Positions 9,673 through 20,633 of a DNA stretch of 64,000 nucleotides are shown here, piece after piece. The notes below the pieces were generated by a model. That model was not told the origin of the DNA. It did not search any database and worked only from the letters and a program-made list of their open reading frames with translations. Within the stretch, counting starts at the first letter, position 1. The number at the start of each line of letters is the position of its first letter. The position numbers were made by a program, and so were the translations under genes. The stretch comes from Acidimicrobiia bacterium (GTDB lineage Bacteria > Actinomycetota > Acidimicrobiia > Spongiisociales > UBA5794): the NCBI GenBank assembly GCA_030431785.1, contig JAUIIM010000001.1, positions 3,323 to 67,322 on the forward strand. The letters run 5' to 3'.

Positions 9673-10718
9673 GTCGCCACTCCCTTGCTCCGTCGCAACA
9701 CGAGCGCAAAGAACGGGGCACCGATGAAGGCGGTGACGACACCGATCGGTATCTCGGCAGGAGCCTGGATCGACCGGGCGAGGATGTCCGCGAACACGAG
9801 GAAAGCGCCACCGAGGAGGATCGAGAGAGGGACGATCACCCGGTACGAAGCCGAGGTCATGAGGCGGACTGTGTGGGGAATGATGATCCCCACGAAGCCG
9901 ATGAGGCCACTCACCGAAACGACGGCCGCTGTCCCGAGCGTGGCGAACCCGATGAGGATGAGCCGTATGCGAGCCGGCTTGACGCCGAGGGTGGAGGCTT
10001 CCGTGTCCCCGACCGACATGACATCGAGAAGCCGGCGGGAGGCAACGATGACGATCATCGACACGATCACGTAGGGAAGCACGAGCCGTACCTCTCCCCA
10101 TCCGGCCGTTGACAGGCTGCCGAGGATCCATCCATACACCTCCCGGATGGAGTCCGCTTCCTTCTGCTGGAGGTAGGTCTGCGCTGCTGTCAGGAACGCC
10201 GCTACGGCGACGCCGGCGAGGATCAGCGTCACGGCGGTCCTCCCGGCGCGCACGGTGTATCCGAGGACGTAGGCAAGCACCACCCCGAGGACGGCTCCCG
10301 CGAACGCAGCGACCGGGACGGGATCGATGAGCCAGTCCAGGTCCGGGCCGTAGGCGATGGCGATGGTCGCTCCAAGACCCGCACCTGCGCCGGCGCCGAG
10401 GAGGTAGGGATCGGCCAGCGGGTTGCGGAAGACCCCCTGGTAGGCCGCTCCGGAGACCGAGAGCATGGACCCGACGATCACTCCAAGAATGACCCGCGGC
10501 ATCCGGATCTGCCACACGATTGCATCGTCGCGTTCGGACAACCCGGACTCGACGTCGATGAACGGCAGCCGATCCAGCGCGGAGCGCATGATGTCAAGTG
10601 GAGCGATCGAAACGGCGCCGATCATGGCCCCCACGACGACTGCGGTCATCAGGAGCGCGGCCGCTCCACCGATCCACCACCAAGGCAGGCGGGATCCAGC
10701 GGGGCGACCGGCGTTCAT
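9669..10718 (-). CDS. FecCD-family ABC permease (BtuC-like)
   Basis: About 9-10 TM segments with FecCD-type conservation; translationally coupled to the ATPase. Confidence 0.85.
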   Translation of the reverse strand: MNAGRPAGSRLPWWWIGGAAALLMTAVVVGAMIGAVSIAPLDIMRSALDRLPFIDVESGLSERDDAIVWQIRMPRVILGVIVGSMLSVSGAAYQGVFRNPLADPYLLGAGAGAGLGATIAIAYGPDLDWLIDPVPVAAFAGAVLGVVLAYVLGYTVRAGRTAVTLILAGVAVAAFLTAAQTYLQQKEADSIREVYGWILGSLSTAGWGEVRLVLPYVIVSMIVIVASRRLLDVMSVGDTEASTLGVKPARIRLILIGFATLGTAAVVSVSGLIGFVGIIIPHTVRLMTSASYRVIVPLSILLGGAFLVFADILARSIQAPAEIPIGVVTAFIGAPFFALVLRRSKGVAT

Positions 10719-11704
10719 CAGGCGTTCGCTCCGAGGACGGTCTGCACCGCTTCGGTGACGGCCACGAGGAGGTCGACGATCCGCGGGCTCCAGCGAGAAG
10801 CGATGTCGTCATCGAGCTCGACGACGCCCCCGTCGGTGACTGCGGCGATCGTCTCCCAGCCGGGTCGGGCTGCGACGGTCTCGGCGTTCTGCCCGCAGCA
10901 AATCGTGTCCGCGAGGAGGATGAGATCGGGATTGGTGTCGATGATGTACTCGGCGGACAACTGCGGATAGCCGAACCCGTCGGGATCCGGTGCAGCGTCT
11001 GCGATGTTGACGAGCCCGGTTCCGGCGAGCAGCTGACCGATGAACGAACTTGACGTCGCCGTGAAGTATGTGTCGTCGAGCTCGTAGTAGTACGACAGGC
11101 CATCCGCCGAGTCCGGAGTGTCGTCGTAGAGGGCATCGATGGTCAACTGGGTCTCTGCCACGACGGCTGCAGCCTCGGCGATGTGGCCGGTCGCTGCTCC
11201 CGTCTGCTCCCACTGGATGTAGGCATCCTCGATACTGAAGGCGGTGCCGTGCAGGATGGTCGGGATCCCCAACGCTTCGAGTCCGGCGACGAGTTCGCCC
11301 GGATCGAACGAGAGGAACACGAGGTCCGGGTCATAGTCGGCGATCGCTTCCACGTTGGGGGTGAACGCGGACAGATCGGTGATCGGGGCCTCTTCGGGAT
11401 AGTTGGAGAAGCTGTCGACGGCGACGACCTGATCGCCCGCACCGATGGCATACAGCACTTCGGTCGAGGTGGCGGACATCGAGACGATGCGTTCTGGTCT
11501 CGACTCGATGGTCACTTCACCGGCCGCCGTGCTGATCGTGATCGGGAATCCGTCGTCGGCGGTGGTGGTGGTGGTCGTCTCGGCGACGCCCTCGGTCGTG
11601 GTGGTTGCCTCGACCATCGTGGTGGTCGTGTCACCGCCGTCGGATGACGAACAGGCAGCAGCGAACAGTGCCATCGCAGCGACGAGTAGGAACAAGCGTT
11701 TCAT
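10718..11704 (-). CDS. periplasmic-type substrate-binding lipoprotein (BtuF/cobalamin or siderophore class)
   Basis: Lipoprotein signal MKRLFLLVAAMALFAAACSS and cluster-A SBP-like sequence. Immediately downstream of the cobalamin riboswitch. Confidence 0.8.
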   Translation of the reverse strand: MKRLFLLVAAMALFAAACSSSDGGDTTTTMVEATTTTEGVAETTTTTTADDGFPITISTAAGEVTIESRPERIVSMSATSTEVLYAIGAGDQVVAVDSFSNYPEEAPITDLSAFTPNVEAIADYDPDLVFLSFDPGELVAGLEALGIPTILHGTAFSIEDAYIQWEQTGAATGHIAEAAAVVAETQLTIDALYDDTPDSADGLSYYYELDDTYFTATSSSFIGQLLAGTGLVNIADAAPDPDGFGYPQLSAEYIIDTNPDLILLADTICCGQNAETVAARPGWETIAAVTDGGVVELDDDIASRWSPRIVDLLVAVTEAVQTVLGANA

Positions 11705-11705
11705 G

Positions 11706-11935
11706 GGTTGTCTCCCTTCGGTGGAGGAGCCAACCGTTGCGAGTCGTGACCCCTCCTCCGAAGGTCGCCTCGCCTGCCGGTGTGGAGGCGACCTGGCTTA
11801 CCTCGTTGCGAGGATCACAGTTGCGGGACAGCGCCGGTTTCTCACCGGACTTCGCTCCAAAACGGCACCCGGGTCATCCCGGTACGCACGTTCAAGCATA
11901 CAGACAGTTGCCGACATCACGTCTCAGACGGACTG
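11706..11935 (-). promoter_or_regulatory. cobalamin (B12) riboswitch
   Basis: Minus-strand sequence GGUGCC...GAAGUCCGGUGAGAAACCGGCGCUGUCCCGCAACUGUGA (B12 box) followed by GGUAAGCCAGG and an expression platform where CCUCCACC can pair with the GGGAGA RBS. Ends directly at the btuF-like ATG. Confidence 0.85.
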
Positions 11936-11938
11936 GTA

Positions 11939-11968
11939 TGTCGGACTTTCGAATTGTCGGATTGTCAG
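11939..11968. repeat. degenerate TGTCGGA-family tandem array (TGTCGGAC..TTGTCGGATTGTCAG)
   Basis: Read directly. Divergent intergenic region 5' of the riboswitch. Confidence 0.6.
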
Positions 11969-12398
11969 TGCTAACCCGACATCTCGAGATTCTTGTCACC
12001 GATATCGTCCGGTCATGCGTTGTACCTACTGAGACCAACTTCGTGAGAGGTGAGGTGTGACGATTGCAGAACACACGGGCGAGCATGTCCCGATACGGGC
12101 GACGGCACGTGGCAAGGAGGACTTCTCGGTCTTCTACGAGCGCGAGGGGACGCAATCCAGGGTTGCGTCCCCTTCTCGTCTTAAACCTGATGGTGCCTAC
12201 CTCTACTCCAGCCCCTCCAGGCTCGCGGGCTCGCAGTCCCTCCTGGCGACAGCCGGTCTGCTCGACCGCCCGTCGCCTGTCCTCCCGCAAGGGGAGGACG
12301 CAAGTCAAGAGCGAATAGTGACGCCCTGCGTCCTCCCCCACTGTCCTCTGCTCGGTTCCGTGTCTTGCCAACCGGGATTCCGTTGTACCGTTCCTGTA

Positions 12399-12593
12399 TG
12401 AAGAAGATCGTCACTTTGTCGCTCGCCGTTGCTGCGGTCGTGCTCGGGGTGTTCATCGCCAAGCGTGACACCGTCGAACCCACACCTGACCACGGTGGGA
12501 CGTGGGAGCCACACGAGCCGTCCGAGCGATGAGAGTCGCGGTCGACACCAGAACCGAGGTCGGCAACCGAATGGTGCGGACGTTGCTCGCTGA
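12399..12593 (+). CDS. possible small membrane protein / leader ORF (MKKIVTLSLAVAAVVLGVFIAKRD...)
   Basis: ATG followed by a strongly hydrophobic signal/TM-like segment; the remainder is Arg-rich and overlaps the next gene out of frame. Not in the ORF track. Confidence 0.2.
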
Positions 12594-13245
12594 GGGCGAC
12601 GTTGCCTTCGTCGGAATCCTCAACGAAGCCGTGCCCTCCCGCAAGCGGTCGGGTTCGATCGATGACGTGTCCGGGTTCGACGTCCTGGTCACCGACGGTG
12701 AGGCGGACACGACGGATCTCCTCGCACAGGCCTCCGTGGCAGGGTGTCCCCTCGTCGTCTGGCCCGAACTCGCACGAATCGACTCGTCCGCAACTGTCCC
12801 GGTCGTCCACGACGCCAACGTGTCCGGCGCCCTCACCGCGGCGCTCGCGACACACCCAGCCACCGAGGTCAGCGTCGACGACACGCTGACCGTCGCGTGG
12901 ACGGAGCCAGGCAAGCCGCTGAAGCGGGGTCATCCACTGCCGTTTCCCGATCCGATCGGCGTGCTGTGGGGGAAGAAGAGAGACGACGGCCGATACGTAG
13001 CGTTCCGTGACGACGAGTGGGCCGGTGCAGTGATCGACATCGATGGAGCGAGTGGTCGCCGAATCGTCGGGGTCGCCGACCACGGGCCGTATCTCGAAGC
13101 CCTCATCCTTGCCGGTGTCACGATCGCAGCGGCTCGCGGCCACTACGCGACCGGAACCCATCCAGCGTCCTCTCAAGCCGAGCATCTCCTCCCCATCTTC
13201 GACGAACTTGAGACGGAGATCGCCGTCTGGCGTTCGGGCATCTGA
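12502..13245 (+). CDS. hypothetical protein (Rossmann-like N-terminus MRVAVDTRTEVG)
   Basis: Balanced composition and high GC3; a more likely ATG start is at 12529. The stop overlaps the next gene start (ATGA-type coupling). The antisense ORF 12181..13185 is rejected. Confidence 0.6.
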   Translation: MGATRAVRAMRVAVDTRTEVGNRMVRTLLAEGDVAFVGILNEAVPSRKRSGSIDDVSGFDVLVTDGEADTTDLLAQASVAGCPLVVWPELARIDSSATVPVVHDANVSGALTAALATHPATEVSVDDTLTVAWTEPGKPLKRGHPLPFPDPIGVLWGKKRDDGRYVAFRDDEWAGAVIDIDGASGRRIVGVADHGPYLEALILAGVTIAAARGHYATGTHPASSQAEHLLPIFDELETEIAVWRSGI

Positions 13246-15215
13246 TGCGACGACAGGTCACGCTCCTCGTCGCGGCAGTCGCGGTCGTGATGACGGCCTG
13301 TACGCCCTCATCGGACCCGGTCGAGACCACCACCACGCTGCCATCGGTCGCCGGCACGATCGATGCGCCCGAGTTCCCGCAAGGGATGGACTGGCTCAAC
13401 ACCGCAGCTCCCATCGCGATGAGCGACCTCAAGGGGAAGGTCGTCCTCCTCGACTTCTGGACCTACGGATGCATCAACTGCATCCACATCCTCCCCGACC
13501 TGCGACGCCTCGAGGAGGAGTTCGCCGAGGAATTGGTCGTGATCGGCGTCCACTCGGCGAAGTTCACGAACGAAGGTGCCACCGCGCAGCTGGCGGAAGT
13601 GGTCCAACGGTATGACATCACCCACCCCGTCGTGAACGACAAGGACTTCCTGATCTGGTCATCGTGGGGGGCGAACGCGTGGCCGACCGTCGCTGTCGTC
13701 GACCCCGCAGGGCGTGCGGTCGGGGTGCGTGCAGGCGAAGGGGTCTACGAAGCGATCCAACCGGTGATCGCACAACTCGTCGAAGAGTTCGATCGTGCCG
13801 ATGCCATTCGCCGTGAACCCCTCGAGCTGACACTTGAGGCAGAGTCCTCACCCTCGACTCCCCTCCGGTACCCCGGCAAGGTGCACGCGAGCGATGGACG
13901 TCTCTTCGTGGCAGACACCGGACACCACCGAATCGTGGAGGTCGATCCCGACACGGGCGAGGCGATCGGCGTGTGGGGATCGGGACAGCGCGGGTTCACC
14001 GACGGCGATGCCGCGACCGCTTCGTTCAGCGACCCACAAGGGCTTGCCTTCGACAGCTCCACGAGCGTCCTGTACGTCGCCGACGTCGGAAACCATTCGG
14101 TCCGATCGATCGACACTTCGACCGGGGAGGTCACGACCCTGGTCGGTGACGGCTCCCAGGGGTGGCCACCGACCGGTGGGACACTCGACGAGACAAGGCT
14201 CGCTTCACCATGGGCCCTCGAACTGGCCGAAGGACGACTCTTCGTCGCCAACGCGGGAACGCATCAAATCTGGTCGGTCGATCTCGATCGCGGCCTCGCA
14301 GAGCCGCTGATCGGCTCCGCCAGGGAGGGAACGCTGAACGGGCCGTTCGCCACCTCCGAACTCGCTCAGCCGAGTGGTCTCGCCCTCTCCGACGACGGAA
14401 AGCTCTACTTCGCCGACTCCGAATCCAGCTCAGTGCGGGTAGGGGACCTCGCCAACGGGCAGACATCCCTCGTCGTCGGCGGTGACGAAACACTCTTCGA
14501 CTTCGGAGATCTCGACGGCTCGGGCAACGAAGCCCGTCTCCAGCATCCTCTCGGTCTCGCGTTCGGTAGCGCCGGCGTCCTCTACGTGGCTGACACGTAC
14601 AACTCGAAGATCAAGCGCATCGACACAGGAACCGGAACCGTCACGTCATGGCTCGGCTCGGAACCGGGGTGGGCGGATGGAGATGCACCACTGTTCGACG
14701 AGCCCGGGGGCCTCGCTTTCGACGGCACGACCCTCTGGGTCGCCGATACGAACAATCACTCGCTCCGAACCATCGACCCGGTGACGGGAACTGTCAGTAC
14801 GTTGATCGTCACCGGCCTCGAGAAGTTCGAACCACCAACTTCCTACGCCGGTCCGGTCACCGAGATCGCAGGGTCCATCACCGCTTCGGCGGGACCGGGC
14901 ACGATCACGCTGGACTATGCGTTGCCCGACGGACACAAGGTGAACCCCGATGCGCCGTCGGCGGTGTCGATCACCGGCATCGGGATCGAACTGGCCGGAG
15001 ACGGTGACCTTACGGGCGCATCCTTGCCCATCGACGTGCCGGTCGAGTTCAGCGAGGGCTCGGGCGACGCCTACATCGACGTCAACCTCGTGTATTGCGC
15101 CGAGGAAGCGGAGAGCCTCTGCTTCATTGACCGAATGCGCTTCGTCGTGTCCCTCGTCGTAGGTCCGGCGGGCCCATCGAGCCAGATCACGATCGGGCGC
15201 GACGTGGAGAACTAG
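13245..15215 (+). CDS. secreted/lipoprotein thioredoxin-like (TlpA/ResA redoxin) domain fused to NHL-repeat beta-propeller
   Basis: Lipoprotein signal (...VVMTACTPSS), LLDFWTYGCINCIHILP CxxC redoxin motif, then about six NHL-type repeats (GHHRIVEVD, VADVGNHSVRSID, VANAGTHQIWSVD...). Confidence 0.85.
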   Translation: MRRQVTLLVAAVAVVMTACTPSSDPVETTTTLPSVAGTIDAPEFPQGMDWLNTAAPIAMSDLKGKVVLLDFWTYGCINCIHILPDLRRLEEEFAEELVVIGVHSAKFTNEGATAQLAEVVQRYDITHPVVNDKDFLIWSSWGANAWPTVAVVDPAGRAVGVRAGEGVYEAIQPVIAQLVEEFDRADAIRREPLELTLEAESSPSTPLRYPGKVHASDGRLFVADTGHHRIVEVDPDTGEAIGVWGSGQRGFTDGDAATASFSDPQGLAFDSSTSVLYVADVGNHSVRSIDTSTGEVTTLVGDGSQGWPPTGGTLDETRLASPWALELAEGRLFVANAGTHQIWSVDLDRGLAEPLIGSAREGTLNGPFATSELAQPSGLALSDDGKLYFADSESSSVRVGDLANGQTSLVVGGDETLFDFGDLDGSGNEARLQHPLGLAFGSAGVLYVADTYNSKIKRIDTGTGTVTSWLGSEPGWADGDAPLFDEPGGLAFDGTTLWVADTNNHSLRTIDPVTGTVSTLIVTGLEKFEPPTSYAGPVTEIAGSITASAGPGTITLDYALPDGHKVNPDAPSAVSITGIGIELAGDGDLTGASLPIDVPVEFSEGSGDAYIDVNLVYCAEEAESLCFIDRMRFVVSLVVGPAGPSSQITIGRDVEN

Positions 15216-15661
15216 CCGAGCGTTTGTTCGACAGTTTGCTCGTCGGAGATCGTCGACGTGGACCCGTTCGTGGGAACGTGCACGACGGGTCGTGGGCGCT
15301 GCGGCTCCGTCTCCACCGTTTCTTCGAGCGTGATGAATTCGATCCCGCCGACGACGTCAGACACCATGTTGTAGAGGATCGCAACGAGCGTGAGCAGCGC
15401 CGTCGCACCGATCACCCAGAGGATCGCAAGCATCAGCACGACCCGGAAGTACAAGTCACCATCAGGGGAGAACGCGATGGTGAGTCGACCGAGCATGTCG
15501 GCAAAGTCGTCCGGGATGCCGCGCTGGACCGCGATCGACCATGCGACCCAGATGCCGAGGGTCCAGATGAGTCCGATGACAAGGTTGATCAGGAACCCGG
15601 CCTTCAGGACGGTCCACGGATCCACCTTGCGAATGATGCGACGCACACGACGAATCGCCAT
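15212..15661 (-). CDS. DUF3566-like conserved membrane protein (Rv0007-like, downstream of gyrA)
   Basis: Start taken at MAIRRVRRIIRK (ATG 15661) with a GGAAGGAG RBS; two TM segments; conserved position after gyrA in Actinobacteria. Confidence 0.75.
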   Translation of the reverse strand: MAIRRVRRIIRKVDPWTVLKAGFLINLVIGLIWTLGIWVAWSIAVQRGIPDDFADMLGRLTIAFSPDGDLYFRVVLMLAILWVIGATALLTLVAILYNMVSDVVGGIEFITLEETVETEPQRPRPVVHVPTNGSTSTISDEQTVEQTLG

Positions 15662-15725
15662 GAGTGCTCCTTCCGACCGGAAGCCTACCGCTGTGCGCCA
15701 TATGCGCACGGAAGGTGGCGAGACC

Positions 15726-15757
15726 CGATTGTCGGATTGTCGGATTGTCGGATTGTC
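15726..15757. repeat. perfect tandem array 4 x GATTGTCG (TGTCGGAT family)
   Basis: gattgtcggattgtcggattgtcggattgtcg, between the gyrA stop and the DUF3566 start. Confidence 0.9.
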
Positions 15758-15781
15758 GGACCGAAGGGCCGGGCCGTCGGC

Positions 15782-18211
15782 CTAGTCCTCGTTCTGTGCG
15801 ATGGCGAGGGCGGTGAGGGTTGCTCCGTCGGCAAGGCTCATGACCTTGACCCCGGTGGTGTCCCTCCCCTGGCGTGAGATCTCCTTGGCGCCCTGACGGA
15901 TCACGATGCCGTCCGAGGACGTCATCACGACCTCGTGGTCCTCCGTCACGGCACGGGCCGCAGCGACGAGACCACGAACCTTCGTGAGCTTCATCGCCTT
16001 CACGCCCTTGCCGCCACGACCTTGCGTGCGGAAGTTCGAGACCTTGGTGCGCTTGCCGTAGCCACCGGTCGTCAGGATGAGCACGTCCTCCTCGTCATCG
16101 GCGACTGCCGCGGCGACCACCGAGTCCTCCTCATCCTTGAGGCGGATCCCGATCACCCCCTGGGAAGCACGGCCTGTCGGGCGGACGTCATCCTCGGAGA
16201 AGCGGATGCCTTGCCCGTTGCGGGTGAACATCATCAGATCCTTCTCGCCATTGGTGCGGCGCACGGCTACGACCTCGTCGTCATCCTTGAGGTTGATCGC
16301 AACGAGCACTTGATTTCGTGAGTCGTAGTCGGCGAACTTGGACTTCTTGACCATGCCGGACTTGGTGAACATCACGAGATACTTGTACGACTCGTAGTCG
16401 CGGGTATCGATGATCGCCTCGATCCGTTCGTCCGCCTCCAGGGGGAGGACGCTCTGGATGAGCGACCCGCGCGCAGTGCGGTCCTTCCTGGGCAATTCGT
16501 GTGCACGTACTCGGTAGACCTTGCCGCGATTCGTGAAGAACAGCAGATAGGCGTGGGCGGACGTGTGGAGCAGGTGCTCGATCACATCCTCTTCTTTCAG
16601 GTTCGAGCCCTTCACGCCGCGTCCGCCGCGTCCTTGCCTCCGGTAGGAGGATGCGAGCACAGACTTCACGTATCCGGAGGAGGTGACGCTCACGACGAGT
16701 TCTTCGTCCGCGATCATGTCCTCCAACGACATCGTCCCGGTGTCCGGGATGATCCTGCTACGCCGCGAGTCCGAGAACTTCTCCCGGATCTCCGTCAGCT
16801 CCTCGCTGATGAGCAGACGGCGCTTCTCCTCGTTCGCCAAGAGGTCGTTGAGGTAGGCGATCGTCGCTTCGAGCTCCTCGAGTTCCTCGCGCAGCTTGTT
16901 CGTCTCGAGTGCGGTCAGGCGACGAAGCGGCATGTCGAGGATGTGGTTCGCCTGGATCTCGGAGAGGTCGAAGTTCTCCATCAACGCAGTACGTGCCGCA
17001 TCGACGTTCGCCGACGAACGGATGATGCGGACGACTTCGTCGATGTTGTCCAGGGCGATGAGCAAGCCACGGACGATGTGCGCCCTCGCCTCTGCCTTCT
17101 CGAGACGGAACCGTGAGCGTCGCTCGATGACCTCGAGCTGATGGTCGACATAGTGATGGACGAGCTGTGCGAGGTTGAGTGTGCGGGGGACTCCGTCCAC
17201 GAGCGCGACGTTGTTGACCGAGAACGAGTCCTCCAGCTGACTGTGCTTGAAGATCAGGTTCTGGACGACCTGGACGTTGGCACCACGCTTGAGTTCGATC
17301 ACCATGCGCGTCCCATTACGGTCGGATTCATCGCGAAGGTCCGAGATGCCCTCGATCACCTTGTTGCGGACCGCATCCGCGATCTTCTCCATGACACGGT
17401 CGCGGGACACCTGATACGGGATCTCGGTGATGACGATGGCATGTCGGTCCTTACCGATCTCCTCGACATCGGTGACGGCACGCATCTTGATCGAGCCGCG
17501 TCCCGTCAGGAGGGCGTCCTTGATGCCCTTGTCACCGACGATGTAGGCACCCGTCGGGAAGTCTGGACCCTTGACGAACTCCATCAACTCCTCAGCCGAG
17601 GCGTCCGGATGATCGAGTGCATGGAGGACCGCGTCACATACCTCGCCGAGGTTGTGTGGAGCCATGTTCGTCGCCATACCGACGGCGATACCGGTGGAAC
17701 CGTTGACGAGAAGGTTGGGGAATCGGGCGGGGAGCACTTGCGGCTCGTCGCGCTCACCCGAGTAGTTGTCCACGAAGTCGACGGTGTCCTCGTCGATCCC
17801 ATCCATCATGTGCGCAGCAAGCTTGGCGAGCCGAGCCTCGACGTAGCGCATCGCCGCAGGCGGATCGTCGACCGTACCGAAGTTCCCCTGCGGATCGATC
17901 AACGGATACCGAAGAGCGAAGTCCTGTCCCAAACGCACCATGGAGTCGTACACGGCCTCGGGAGAGTGCGGGTGGAACCAACCAACGACATCACCGACCA
18001 CACGGGAGGCCTTGCGATAGGGGGTTCCGGGCCGGATGCCGCTGTCCCACATCGAGTACATCACGCGGCGGTGCACCGGCTTCAGGCCATCACGAACATC
18101 CGGGAGGGCACGCGAGACGATGACGGACATCGCATACTCGAGGAACGAGTCGCGCATCTCCTGGTTGATGTCGATCGCTTGGAACTCTTCTTGTATCGGT
18201 TCTTCAGGCAT
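15782..18211 (-). CDS. gyrA: DNA gyrase subunit A
   Basis: Full-length GyrA homology ([23 protein letters not shown]; C-terminal beta-pinwheel). Confidence 0.97.
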   Translation of the reverse strand: MPEEPIQEEFQAIDINQEMRDSFLEYAMSVIVSRALPDVRDGLKPVHRRVMYSMWDSGIRPGTPYRKASRVVGDVVGWFHPHSPEAVYDSMVRLGQDFALRYPLIDPQGNFGTVDDPPAAMRYVEARLAKLAAHMMDGIDEDTVDFVDNYSGERDEPQVLPARFPNLLVNGSTGIAVGMATNMAPHNLGEVCDAVLHALDHPDASAEELMEFVKGPDFPTGAYIVGDKGIKDALLTGRGSIKMRAVTDVEEIGKDRHAIVITEIPYQVSRDRVMEKIADAVRNKVIEGISDLRDESDRNGTRMVIELKRGANVQVVQNLIFKHSQLEDSFSVNNVALVDGVPRTLNLAQLVHHYVDHQLEVIERRSRFRLEKAEARAHIVRGLLIALDNIDEVVRIIRSSANVDAARTALMENFDLSEIQANHILDMPLRRLTALETNKLREELEELEATIAYLNDLLANEEKRRLLISEELTEIREKFSDSRRSRIIPDTGTMSLEDMIADEELVVSVTSSGYVKSVLASSYRRQGRGGRGVKGSNLKEEDVIEHLLHTSAHAYLLFFTNRGKVYRVRAHELPRKDRTARGSLIQSVLPLEADERIEAIIDTRDYESYKYLVMFTKSGMVKKSKFADYDSRNQVLVAINLKDDDEVVAVRRTNGEKDLMMFTRNGQGIRFSEDDVRPTGRASQGVIGIRLKDEEDSVVAAAVADDEEDVLILTTGGYGKRTKVSNFRTQGRGGKGVKAMKLTKVRGLVAAARAVTEDHEVVMTSSDGIVIRQGAKEISRQGRDTTGVKVMSLADGATLTALAIAQNED

Positions 18212-18241
18212 TGATCTTCCCTGTGTTGTCCGTGTCGGCGC

Positions 18242-20206
<1,965 letters not shown>

Positions 20207-20279
20207 TTATGACACGCTTGTAAGTATAGCCGGTACAGCAGCGTATCCCTTTATTCCCATGGCTTTTCGGGTCGATGGG

Positions 20280-20633
20280 CTAGCGGACGATCTTGATGCG
20301 GACATGGGCAACCAGCCCATCCTCGAAATGCTCGCCGATCGCTGTTTTGAGGTCTTCGATCTGGTACTTGAGGACGGTCGCCGCAGTGCCGTCGGGGACC
20401 TCGACGAGCAGTGTTCGATCCTTGACGCCGACCGGGGTCCCATAGGTCACCCAGTCCGGAGGAGCGATCGATTCCCAGTCGTTGACGATGTCGCCATGTC
20501 GGATGTCGACGCCGACCGAGGCCTTCTCGATGATGGTCCCGAGCAGCGACCGGATCTGCTTCGGCTGTCTGGGTTCGTTGTCGCGGAGATACTTCGCTCT
20601 CACGTCGTCACCTTTCCGTCGTCGACGAGCCAA
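20280..20633 (-). CDS. DUF721/DciA-like protein (Rv0004-like)
   Basis: Conserved position between recF and gyrB; overlaps the recF 3' end; start uncertain. Confidence 0.7.
   Translation of the reverse strand: MARRRRKGDDVRAKYLRDNEPRQPKQIRSLLGTIIEKASVGVDIRHGDIVNDWESIAPPDWVTYGTPVGVKDRTLLVEVPDGTAATVLKYQIEDLKTAIGEHFEDGLVAHVRIKIVR

Noticed and set aside
8890-10515. 541-aa track ORF spanning the ATPase and permease
   Set aside because: The N-terminal about 280 aa are the wrong frame over the permease gene; the true ATPase starts at 9672 (MTAIAVESV).
11705-12060. tRNA or other RNA gene in the long riboswitch-containing intergenic region
   Set aside because: No cloverleaf-compatible sequence seen; the region is explained by the cobalamin riboswitch plus repeat motifs.
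12057-12401. 114-aa plus-strand ORF in the structured leader
   Set aside because: Codon usage degrades after about 30 codons and the frame runs through strong hairpins; interpreted as non-coding leader RNA.
12181-13185. 334-aa minus-strand ORF opposite the hypothetical/Trx-NHL operon
   Set aside because: R/G-rich composition and no motifs; the plus-strand frames have balanced composition and a signal peptide.
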